Shown: piece by piece, positions 1-11,169 of the stretch | Layout: each line of letters opens with the position of its first letter | Position numbering within the stretch: position 1 is the first letter of the stretch | Origin: Macrostomum lignano | Lineage: Eukaryota | Assembly (NCBI GenBank): GCA_002269645.1 | Contig: NIVC01003323.1 | Span: 40,177 to 104,176, forward strand | Direction of reading: 5' to 3' | Length of the DNA: 64,000 nt | Program-made: the position numbers and the translations under genes | The notes under the pieces: model-generated | What the model saw: only the letters and a program-made list of their open reading frames with translations | What the model was told of the DNA's origin: nothing | Database searches by the model: none

Positions 1-258
1 CTCAATCTCCAATCTCCCTCTCCTCTCTGCCTCTCCTCTCTCCAATCTCCCTCTCCTTTCTCCAATCTCCCTCTCCTCTCTCCAATCTCCCTCTCTTCTC
101 TCCAATCTCCCTCTCCTCTCTCCAATCTCCCTCTCTTCTCTCCAATCTCCCTCTCTTCTCTCCAATCTCCCTCTCTTCTCTCCAATCTCCCTCTCCTCTC
201 TCCAATATCACCCTCTCCAACCTCCCTCTCTTCTCTCTGTCTCCTCTCTTCCTCTTGC
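1..258. repeat. CT-rich minisatellite, ~20-bp unit TCCAATCTCCCTCTC(C/T)TCTC
   Basis: Tandem copies read directly; the array runs off the window start. Confidence 0.95.
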
Positions 259-952
259 TTACTTCTCTGTTTCTCTCAGCCGCAGCCGGTCAATATTTTT
301 TAACCCATGCGAAAATGACCTCTCTGACTGAGCAGCTTCACTAGCACTGTTTGGGTCAGGGATTAATTCCCTTAAAAATCTTGCCTTAGAAGAGTGCACA
401 GACTTGCCCCGGCATTTCGAAAAGTTGCGAATGACAACAAATAGCGAGTCGGGGGTAAACGGCCCCGGCAGCCAGCCACCGACCACCCCAGCCCCCAGCG
501 GCGTGAGTAAGCACATCTTAGGGATCGCCCCCTTCCTTGATAACGCAGATATCTTGGCGGCGGAAGAATCTTCCCACGGTTTTTAAAATAATTTTAGAAA
601 AAAACTTCTATCAAGGCTGCAGAGCAAATAATGCAATGCAAGCATGGGGAATGGCAGCGCCACGAGTTTATAGCACTAATAATAATATTACACTGGACCA
701 GCGAAATTCGTGGGAAAAACCGCTGGGCCTGCACGGCCGCACACGCGAATTGGAGCAAGCTGTCAGTGCAAAGAAGGCGTGCGGCAAATCAAAAAATTCG
801 CAAAATGACGCAGTTAAGAATATCGGCGCGCGCCAGTAAACTGACGAACTCCACAGAAAATGGCGCGCGCCGAACACTACTTTGAAAGGGCGCGCTCTAT
901 ATTTTGTATTTAAAATGGCGCCAATCACAATCAGACATTCATAAAATTGTGC

Positions 953-1470
953 TAATCACAACAAGGGATACAACATGCCAACAATCACAACAAGTGACAC
1001 AAAATACCAACAATCACAATAAGTGACACAAAATGCTAACAATCACAACAAGTGACACAACATGCCAACAATCACAAAAAGTGACACAACATGCCAACAA
1101 TCACAAGTGACAAAAAATACCAAAAATGACAGGTGACCCAAAATACGAGTACCAACAATCACAACAAGAGACACAAAATGCCAGCAATCACAACAAGTGA
1201 CACAAAATGCCAACAATCACAAAAAGTGACACAACATGCCAAAAATCACAACAAGTGACAAAAAATACCAAAAATGACAGGTGACCCAAAATACGAGTAC
1301 CAACAATCACAACAAGAGACACAAAATGCCAGCAATCACAACAAGTGACACAAAATACCAACAATCACAACAAGAGACACAAAATGCCAGCAATCACAAC
1401 AAGTGACACAAAATGCCAACAATCACGACAAGTGACACAAAATGCCAACAATCACAACAAGTGACACAAA
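953..1470. repeat. Minisatellite, ~29-bp unit ACAATCACAACAAGTGACACAAAATGCCA
   Basis: Degenerate tandem copies read directly. Confidence 0.95.
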
Positions 1471-2129
1471 CTGGCGCATCACAAGCAAGTGTGGGACAGT
1501 GTTACTGTGTTATCCGCTGCTGTCAGAGACACATTAAAGAAGCTATGCTCATTATTTTTAAAATGTTTTAACGAATAGCAGCAAGTTAGGAACCTCTTCC
1601 ACTTGATGGCGATTGAAGTGGCAATTAAAAATATAGTAAAAAAGCAGACATAGCGACCAAGATGAGGGAGGCGAATAGCTCTCAATCAAAATCATGGGTC
1701 ATTCTCAAGATTTTAAGGTTACTTTTTTTTCTAACGCCTACAAGAGTGGCCTCAGGGCTGGTGTCTGTCGCAAAACACACACAGATGTCCCTACAAAACA
1801 ATTAGTTGGCAACAGTGAGGCGCAAGCTAGAGGGACACTTTCCTTTTTTATAGGAATAAAACTTTCTTCTGGCAGAAGGGAGGTTGCGGTGGCATGGAAG
1901 GAATAAATTGTAGATTAACAAATCTTTTCGATTGTTTCAATCGATTCTTTTTAAATTTCTTGTATTTTTTTTATCTGATTTTTTTATTTTTCAATCTACC
2001 AAAGCAAAATTACATGGAGTGACAGTCAATTTTTTCCATCTTGTCAAGAGAGAGATCTGTAAGGGTGAGAGTCTACTAAATTGGATTCCATGGGCTGAGT
2101 GTGTTTCAATATGTGAGATTTCTATTTGA

Positions 2130-2590
2130 AAGGACGAGATTTTACTCTACAGACGAGATTTGGGAGGGTGAGACTCTACAGGGAGAGATTCGATAGAATG
2201 AGACTCTACAGGGTGAGATTCGATAGGATGAGACTCTACAGGGTGAGATTCGATAGAATGAGACTCTACAGGTGAGATTCCATAGAATGAGACTCTACAA
2301 GGTGAGATTAGATGGGACGAGATTCTACAGGGTGAGTTTCGATGGGATGAGACTCTACAGGGTGAGATTCGATGGGACGAGATTCTGCAGGGTGAGATTC
2401 GATAGGATGAGACTCTGCAGGGTGAGATTCGATAGGATGAGACTCTGCAAGGTGAGATTCGATGGGACGAGATTCTGCAGGGTTAGATTAGATAGGATGA
2501 GACTCTGCAGGGTGAGATTCGATAGGATGAGACGGATGAGACTGACGAGGGTGAGATCCTGTTATACAGTGAGATTTTACCGTACAGGGT
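2130..2590. repeat. Minisatellite, 30-bp unit GAGACTCTACAGGGTGAGATTCGATAGGAT
   Basis: Tandem copies; explains ORF 2272..2592. Confidence 0.95.
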
Positions 2591-2996
2591 GAGATTATTT
2601 TCCAGGCGAGATTCTGCAGGGTGGAGATGCAGTAAGCATTTGCAGCTGTGAAATTATGGAGTGCTAAGAATAAAACGAGCATAACAAACTACTGATTAAA
2701 TTTTATTAGTAGAAATTAAAGTGTTATTTGAAACAAAGAGCTGAGTTTGAATATCTGGTGTATCAACTGTTGAACGCCTGTGCCTGTATGAGAAAGTTGA
2801 GAAAGATCTTGATTTAACCTTAAAAGTATTTGGTTGATCAGGAAAATTTGTTTAAAAGTCCGAACTACTGTCAGTAGAATGCACAGAAAATGTTGGTAAA
2901 AATTAAAACTGCTCATAAAAATCATTTGTTATATTATTATAGGTGACGTTTGAAAAATCAGAGTCTTCAGGCTATGTGGTGAGAGTTCAGTTATAT

Positions 2997-3838
2997 ACTG
3001 AGTCAGTGAGGGTCCAGTTGCTGAGTCAGTGAGGGTCCAGTTGCTGAGTCAGTGAGGGTCCAGTTGCTGAGTCAGTGAGGGTCCAGTTGCTGAGTCAGTG
3101 AGGGTTCAGTTGCTGAGTCAGTGAGGGTTTTGTAGAGTCAGTGAGAGTTCAGTTGCTGAGTCAGTGAGAGTTTTGTAGAGTCAGTGAGAGTTCAGTTGCT
3201 GAGTCAGTGATAATTCAGTTGCTGAGTCAGTGAGAGTTCAGTTGCTGAGTCAGTGAGAGTTCAGTTGCTGAGTCAGTGAGGGTCCAGTTGCTGAGTCAGT
3301 GAGAATTTAGTTGTTGAGTCAGTGAGAGTTCAGTTGCTGAGTCAGTGAGAGTTCAGTTGCTGAGTCAGTGAGAATTCAGTTGCTGAGTCAGTGAGAGTTC
3401 AGTTGCTGAGTCAGTGAGAGTTCAGTTGCTGAGTCAGTGAGAATTCAGTTGCTGAGTCAGTGAGATTTCAGTTGCTGAGTCAGTGAGAGTTCAGTTGCTG
3501 AGTCAGTGAGGGTCCAGTTGCTGAGTCAGTGAGAATTTAGTTGTTGAGTCAGTGAGAATTCAGTTGCTGAGTCAGTGAGAGTTCAGTTGCTGAGTCAGTG
3601 AGAGTTCAGTTGCTGAGTCAGTGAGAGTTCAGTTGCTGAGTCAGTCAGGGTTTTGTAGAGTCAGTGAGAGTTCAGTTGCTGAGTCAGTGAGGGTTTTGTA
3701 GAGTCAGTGAGAGTTCAGTTGCTGAGTCAGTGAGAATTCAGTTGCTGAGTCAGTGAGAGTTCAGTTGCTGAGTCAGTGAGGGTTTAGTTGCTGAGTCTGA
3801 GGGTTTTGTAGAGTCAGTGACACTTCAGTTTCAGAGTC
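2997..3838. repeat. Minisatellite, 23-bp unit AGTCAGTGAGAGTTCAGTTGCTG
   Basis: About 36 head-to-tail copies, no spacers. Confidence 0.97.
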
Positions 3839-4390
3839 AGGTATGTATTGGATCGCACATTTCAGACCATATCGTACGGATATGCTATTAGCATATACAA
3901 GTGTACTGAAATTGTAAGCACGTATCTATCAGCTACGATACTTTGCAGTACATGTATTTTTATCGAGTCTGTGTAACGAGGAAACCGATATGAATTAGGA
4001 AAACTCATTAAAGACATTGATGAATAGTAGTCTATCACAATAAGGTGAGTAATTAAAGCAGATTTTATGTGTTAACAGAAAATGAAAGCCTTTTATTTTA
4101 CAATTTACATGTACAAGACAGACACGTCCGCAGTGTTACAAGTCAATACAAGGACAGTAGGGAAGCAGTTAAGACAACAAGCATTGAAACATTCACAGAA
4201 AATTGATACGAGAAAACTGTCTATAAAGCTATTATAATAAATTCAGATAATAAATTATGATAAAATTTAACATTAAAACAGACAATATAAAGCTAATTTT
4301 ACTTGAATATTTCTCTGCACTTTAATATTGAGATTGGAGAGATATTAACAAAATACTATGCATAGAGGAAATAATAAAATAACTTTTTTT

Positions 4391-4989
4391 GAGTACAGAC
4401 AAGCCTTCTCATCATCATCACCTCCATCATCATCATCATCACCGTCATCATAATCATCATCATGAGTACAGACTAGCACTCTTATCATCATCATCATGAC
4501 CATTATCATCATCACCATCACCGTCATCATCATCATCGTCATCATAATCATCATAATCATAATTACCATCATCACCAGATTCGAATACAGACCAGCATTC
4601 TTATCAACATCATAATCACCACCATCATCACCATCACCCCCATCGTCATCACCATCATCATCATCATCACCATCATCATCAGCATCACCACCATCATCAT
4701 CAGCATCATCAGCATCACCACCATCATCATCAGCATCACCACCATCATCATCATCATCACCATCACCACCATCATCACCATCATCATCAGCATCACCACC
4801 ATCATCATCAGCATCATCATCACCATCATCAGCATCATCATCATCACTATCACCATCATCACCACCATCATCATCAGCATCATCATCACCATCAACATCA
4901 CCATAATCATCATCAGCATCATCCTCACCATCACCATAATCATCATCATCATCATCATCAGTATCATCCTCACCATCACCATCACCATC

Positions 4990-5020
<31 letters not shown>

Positions 5021-5056
5021 GCATCATCAGAGTCGAGCAGACCGGCATTCTCATCA
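4391..5056. repeat. Compound (CAT/CAC/CAG)n trinucleotide repeat with four related ~25-bp interruptions
   Basis: Read directly; explains the poly-Met ORFs 4345..4575 and 4572..5078. Confidence 0.95.
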
Positions 5057-5094
5057 CATTAAACGAACAGGTAAACAAAGTACAAACAGCCAGT

Positions 5095-5620
5095 TCAGCC
5101 GCCCCTCAGTTCGGCATTCTCCTCGTAATCCCCTGCCATATAGGCGGCATCCGGGTGGCTGAACCGCAGAGTGGCCACGAACAGCAGGTAGGGCAGCGGC
5201 ACAGCGGCCACCACCCAGCGCGCACCGCTAGCCTCGTCTGCCGGCTTAGCCGCTACAATGGAGAACACGGCCACGCCTAGGAAAAGCCAGTGCACCAGCA
5301 GCAGCAGCACTGTTAGCGGTTTCAATAGAGTATTGCAGAGCATCCATTTAGCCGAGGTCTGCGCCGCAGGCTGTTCGGGATCAATTTGGCACAGCAGGAA
5401 CACGGCGTGGGATAGCAGAGTGCACAGCAACAGCAGATAGGGGAAGGCGAAGTACAGCAGGCCACCAGAGATTGAGTGCAGCAGGGCCAGCAGAGGGTAA
5501 AGGAACATTGGCGCGTACAGGACGTATCTGCGACTGCCACCCAGTAGGCGGTAGGCCACGGGCCGCATCAGCAGCAGGAACAGGACACAGAAGGCATAGT
5601 ATGTGAGCACTATGGAGTAG
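5095..5620 (-). CDS. JKAMP: JNK1/MAPK8-associated membrane protein, exon 2 (last)
   Basis: Acceptor TTTCAG|C at 5621/5620. Joins exon 1 as YPL|YSIVLTYYAFC; motifs GGLLYFAFPY, VHWL, VPLPYLLFVATLRFSHP match JKAMP as recalled. TGA at 5095. 452+526 = 978 nt = 325 aa. Confidence 0.92.
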
Positions 5621-5719
5621 CTGAAATTTAGCGGCATGTATTCATAAAATTTCACAGGCAAATCAGAGTGACGGACAGACACGAAAAACTGATTTGTTAT
5701 AGTGTATTAAGCGTAGGGA

Positions 5720-7115
5720 GAAGAGCAGATCAGGGGTAAAGAAAGAGCAGATCGAGGGTAGAGAAATAGCAGATCGGGGGTAGAGAAAGAGCAGATGGGG
5801 GTAGAGAAAGAGCAGATCAGGGGTAGAGAAAGAGCAGATGGGGGTAGAGAAATAGCAGATGGGGGGTAGAGAAATAGCAGATGGGGGTAGAGAAAGAGCA
5901 GATGGGGGGTAGAGAAATAGCAGATCAGGGGTAGAGAAAGAGCAGATGGGGGTAGAGAAATAGCAGATCAGGGGTAGAGAAAGAGCAGATGGGGGTAGAG
6001 AAATAGCAGATCGGGGGTAGAGAAAGAGCAGATGGGGGTAGAGAAATAGCAGATGGGGTAGAGAAAGAGCAGATGGGGGTAGAGAAATAGCAGATCAGGG
6101 GTAGAGAAATAGCAGATGGGGGGTAGAGAAATAGCAGATGGGGGGTAGAGAAATAGCAGATCGGGGGTAGAGAAAGAGCAGATGGGGGTAGAGAAATAGC
6201 AGATCAGGGGTAGAGAAATAGCAGATGGGGGGTAGAGAAATAGCAGATCGGGGGTAGAGAAAGAGCAGATGGGGGTAGAGAAATAGCAGATCAGGGGTAG
6301 AGAAATAGCAGATGGGGGGTAGAGAAATAGCAGATGGGGGGTAGAGAAATAGCAGATGGGGGTAGAGAAAGAGCAGATGGGGGGTAGAGAAATAGCAGAT
6401 GGGGGTAGAGAAAGAGCAGATGGGGGGTAGAGAAATAGCAGATCAGGGGTAGAGAAAGAGCAGATGGGGGTAGAGAAATAGCAGATCGGGGGTAGAGAAA
6501 GAGCAGATGGGGGTAGAGAAAGAGCAGATGGGGGTAGAGAAAGAGCAGATGGGGGTAGAGAAATAGCAGATCGGGGGTAAAGAAATAGTAGATGGGGGGT
6601 AAAAAAAGAGCAGATGGGGGTAGAGAAAGAGCAGATGGGGGTAGAAAAAGAGCAGATGGGGGTAGAGAAAGAGCAGATGGGGGTAGAGAAAGAGCAGATC
6701 GGGGGTAGAGAAATAGCAGATCGGGGGTAAAGAAATAGTAGATGGGGGGTAAAGAAAGAGCAGATGGGGGTAGAGAAAGAGCAGATGGGGGTAGAAAAAG
6801 AGCAGATGGGGGTAGAGAAAGAGCAGATGGGGGGTAGAGAAATAGCAGATCGGGGGGTAAAGAAATAGTAGATGGGGGGTAAAGAAAGAGCAGATGGGGG
6901 TAGAGAAAGAGCAGATGGGGTAGAGAAAGAGCAGATCGGGGGTAAAGAAAGAGCAGATGGGGGTAGAGAAAGAGCAGATGGGGAGTAGAGAAAGAGCAGA
7001 TCGGGGGTAGAGAAATAGCAGATGGGGGTAGAGAAAGAGCAGATGGGGGTAGAGAAAGAGCAGATGGGGAGTAGAGAAAGAGCAGATGGGGAGTAGAAAA
7101 GAGCAGATGGGGGTA
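5720..7115. repeat. Intronic minisatellite, ~21-22-bp unit GGGGGTAGAGAAA(G/T)AGCAGAT
   Basis: Fills about 1.4 kb of the 1514-bp JKAMP intron (5621..7134); explains ORF 5968..7134. Confidence 0.97.
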
Positions 7116-7134
7116 TTAGTAGCCAGCTACTCAC

Positions 7135-7586
7135 AGCGGATAGACGACCTCGTGAGCGCAGGAGGCGGCCTCAAAAGCTGGCCGGTCTGTGGCGGCCCCC
7201 TGGTCGGGATTGAAGAACACGGGATACCAGTCTGACAGGTTGTTGACGCCGCAGACGGTGAGATAAGGTGAACCGCGCGGCGGGAACACCAACACGGAGG
7301 CCAGGGCGGCGAGTACGGACTCCAGAGCGCACAGGCCGGCTAGGAGAAGCAGTCGCTTGTGACCGCGAGACCTACTGAGGAAGATCATGTTGCACAGAAC
7401 GGGTATGAGAGCCATGAAGCCCAGGTATAGCCACATATAGGCCGAGGCGGGCTGATCGCATGGCCGGCAGAAGCCTTGGTCAGAGCGGTGTCCAGCCGGA
7501 CAGGGACCGCAACTGGACCAGCCGTTGCTGGAGTTCAGGCGAGCGCAGTATGCACCCGGGCATGGCTGCAGACTTAATGCCGACAT
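7135..7586 (-). CDS. JKAMP: JNK1/MAPK8-associated membrane protein, exon 1
   Basis: ATG at 7586. Cys-rich N-terminus (CPGAYC, CGPCPAG, CRPC), WLYLGFMA, LSDWYPVFFNP and CAHEVVYPL match JKAMP family motifs. Donor CT|GTGAGT at 7135/7134. Confidence 0.92.
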
Positions 7587-8123
7587 GAGTCACTTGACTA
7601 GCACATGAATTGGCACCAATTTAAAAATACTTGAGATTTGCTGCACTTTTGAAGTACCATTGAATCACCTTGCCAGTAATTATTAATTAGATTAGAAAAC
7701 ATTATTTTCATACTATTGAAAAGAAAAACTATAAATTTAAAGGATTGATTTGTTTAACATTAACATTAATAGGTTTGTTAATAGGTTTCTATAAGTGTGA
7801 TTTGACCCAATTATTGATTTGAAATTAGTTGATTTATGATTTCAAAAATATAATAAAAATAAATAGTATTCCTTTGCAGTTGTGGTAAACTTAGGAAAAA
7901 AATTATATAATACTATGGCAAACCCTATAGGAAAAAGTTGTAAAACCGGGGACATCCAGTGCACTTTTGAAATTTTTCTAAAGCACAGTGCGCGCACAGG
8001 CACGCAGCTCCTACGCATGCGTGCTGCCCCTTCCTGCTGGCTGCTGCTTCAGCAAACAAACATACATGGAAGGGGCCTAATACCTCTGTGGAAAAGGCCT
8101 ATACACTTGTCATTTATAATGCT

Positions 8124-8424
8124 TAGAGAGGTTCCAAGATTTTGATTTTGATTTTTCTAATTTGGAATTTTACGAGTGAATTACACTTTTGAAAAAAATG
8201 TGAAAGTCAAAATTTTGTTAAGTGTCTAAAAGTGGCTAAAAATAAAATAATTTCTGCTACATATACATGCATTTTTTGCAGTAAATCAAAAGTAAAAAAA
8301 TGAGTTTCAGTCATACTAAACAACTTAGTTTTTCTAAAATTTGATTTCAGAAAATTTCAATTTTGATTTTGGAAAGTTATCCAATTTTGATTTTGACAGA
8401 AATTGCTCCTTTGGAACATCTCTA
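8124..8424. mobile_element. hAT-type MITE (301 bp)
   Basis: 14-bp TIRs TAGAGAGGTTCCAA / TTGGAACATCTCTA (13/14 match); perfect 8-bp TSD ATAATGCT at 8116-8123 and 8425-8432. Confidence 0.88.
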
Positions 8425-10106
8425 ATAATGCTAAACTGCGGTAAAATAATTTGACTCTATTCTAAAGCATGTGTCCATGGGTTTTCAACATTTATTCCAA
8501 TAGGGATGGCAAATATAGTGAAATGAGTACCTATAGCAGCTATAAATACACCTGCAGAAAACAATTGCTCTCATATCATGGCTATGACTATAGAAATATG
8601 GTAGTTCAAAACTTGTTCTATAGATTTCCATTGCCACTATTTTGAGTCTTGAATTAATACAAAAGCATAAAACAAGAAATATTAAAAAACTAATAGCAGA
8701 GATCAATGCAAAGATAAAAACACTTTTAATACTAATAAGATATTTACCCAATATAGAAGCTAAAATGCCTATAACTACTGTGGCTACAATTTAAAAATAT
8801 AATTTATAAAAAGCTATAACTATGCCTGTGTTAAAAGGACCACCCATTATAGAAGAATATATAGTTTAAAGACATGTTATAGTTAGTTTTTGAACTTTTT
8901 GTTTTGTTTTTATCTTTATTTTAAGCCTTTCTTAGATTTTTACTCTTTAAAAACATTTATTCTTATAATAAAGATATAATTTTTGTAGGTGCTAAGTTAT
9001 AAGAACTATTTATTCTAATATGCTCTTAATAGTAGTTAGTTGCAACTTGTAGATTTAGTCTGTTAGTTTTGTAACTTTTTTATTATTTATTTTTACATTT
9101 AATTTTATTGTCATTATCAATGACTAATAAATGGCTAATCCAAGGCAGCTTCCAACATTTTCATATGCAGAAGGACATGGATCTACTGCTATAAGCTAGA
9201 GCAAGCATTAGTAATATATGTGGACAATTCACTGATAAGGCACCTCTTAACCAAGGTTGTCTAAGTGCAAGTATTTTCTAGTTTCTATAACGAAAGGTCA
9301 AACATTTCAAAGAAAAAGGTAGCAGTTAAAAGGTGATAGGAGTGCAAATAAAAAATAAAACATTAATTGAATATGATTAGTATTCTTTTAAAGAATTTTG
9401 ATACTAGAACTATAGTCCAGATCATGCTGGGTGCACACACAAACAAAAATCTAATAATTACAAATGCATATAAAAAAATTGAGTGCTTGCCCATTCTCAA
9501 AATTATGCTGGTGTTGCAACAATAAATGACCTTTTTTACATTGTGACCTTTCTTGAATTGCTTAATGGTCAATTTTTGGCAGATAATTTGCTTCTTTTTT
9601 TCTGCTTTTTTGGCAATATCATTATAGTGGAAAATCAATGCATGCAAAGATTTGCTTTATTATAAGCTTTAAAAAACTGGAAAGCTTGAAATATATGGTT
9701 AAAAATGAACTTTTTCATCTTTTTTGTACTTTGCAATAACTTTTCCATGTGATTCTATAAAGTGCACACCAGGTATGCATGCACACTATTTTCCTAAGAG
9801 TGATGCATACCAACTGTGCACATCTACTTTTGGCATGCAAGGCCTATGCACACCTAAATTTTTAAGTATATCTAAATGATCCAGAGTGTGATACCTATAG
9901 TTTGGAAGGCAACATATATGCCAGGATTTCCTAGCAAACAAAAGTGCCTTATCATTTTTTAGTGTATATTAGGATATAAATATATTCCAGCATATATGAC
10001 ATAGCAGATACACTGTATCAGATAACAAAATTTTTATATTGGTATACAAACTTGGCATACAAACGAGGTCTCATAATTTTTTCCAGCATTAAACCTGGCA
10101 TATACT

Positions 10107-10403
10107 CATACATGCGCAACCTCCAAAATTTGGTCGGCCGTGCGACTTAGTTTTAACAAAAATGCGACGTAGTTTTTGGCCAAAAATGCGACTTACATGT
10201 AAAAAAACCCGAAAGCAAAATTTATGCAATTTTGGGTAAACGGCAAGAGTAACTATGACTGTCTTATAAGGCCAAAATGCTTCGTCAGCTACTTAGTACT
10301 ACTACTTTGTGTTTTTTTGGGTGGGCATTTTTGCGACTTCCTTGGTTGGCTGCCAAATTGGTCGGCCAGATCGGCCGACTCGGCCGACTGTTGCGCATGT
10401 ATG
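10107..10403. mobile_element. hAT-type MITE (297 bp)
   Basis: Perfect 14-bp TIRs CATACATGCGCAAC / GTTGCGCATGTATG; perfect 8-bp TSD CATATACT at 10099-10106 and 10404-10411; subterminal GTCGGCCGA repeats. Confidence 0.88.
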
Positions 10404-10752
10404 CATATACTAATATATGATCCAAACTATGGTGTGGTACCAGAACTTTATATAATTGTAAGTTGCTACAAATGATATAATATTTTGTTATAATATACAT
10501 AATATATACAAATATCAAATGCAACAATAGAAAAAGGTCCTTTATTATTGTAGCACTAAAGTAAAGTTGGCATAATTTTGAACTTTTACCATATATGACA
10601 GTCCAATTTCTAATTTTTGGAGTAGGCCTACTTGGCATAAAAAATTGGCATATACTAGACACCTTCCTGATAATGGCTATTTAAATATTGTAATGTAAGT
10701 AATGCATTTTTTCCAATAAAAAATTGATTTTTATTAATGGGCCTATTTTAAT

Positions 10753-11169
10753 GGCAGTTGTTATTGTTACAGTGACCATATAAATAACAAAATGGTTATT
10801 TTTATGGTTAACGCATAAGACACTATATGGGCCTATGGTGGTCTTTACTTAATGTAACCATATAAATAGCAAAACTGTTATTTTTACAGTCACCATAGGT
10901 AGGAAGCAAAATGACTATTTTTACAGTCATGTGGAAGAAATTTACAAAGGTAATAGTTAACAATTACCTAAAGTAAGCTACTATGACAAGAACCACTAAG
11001 AGTTACCATGGTATTTATTAATAAAATGTTTCTTGATTTTTTAAATTTAACCATCATAGTATTTGCACAGCAAGTTTATCACTTCATTTAGATGGTATTT
11101 GTTTTAAGTATTAACCGTAAAAATAACCGTATTGCTATTTATATGGTTACTGTATCAATAACAACCGTC
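10753..11169. mobile_element. Degenerate MITE-like foldback element with ~59-bp TIRs
   Basis: Left arm GGCAGTTGTTATTGTTACAGTGACCATATAAATAACAAAATGGTTATTTTTATGGTTAA; reverse complement of right arm GACGGTTGTTATTGATACAGTAACCATATAAATAGCAATACGGTTATTTTTACGGTTAA. No clear TSD. Confidence 0.65.

Noticed and set aside
404-928. Short ORFs and AAAATGGCG (YY1-like) motifs near the window start
   Set aside because: No recognisable domain or consistent exon chain; motifs too short to support a promoter call.
2997-3838. CRISPR-like regular repeat array
   Set aside because: Head-to-tail 23-bp units with no unique spacers, no cas genes, eukaryotic context.
4572-5078. 168-aa poly-Met ORF
   Set aside because: Translation of the (GAT)n microsatellite.
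5968-7134. 388-aa ORF continuing JKAMP exon 1
   Set aside because: Lies in the intron after a GTGAGT donor; product of the minisatellite.
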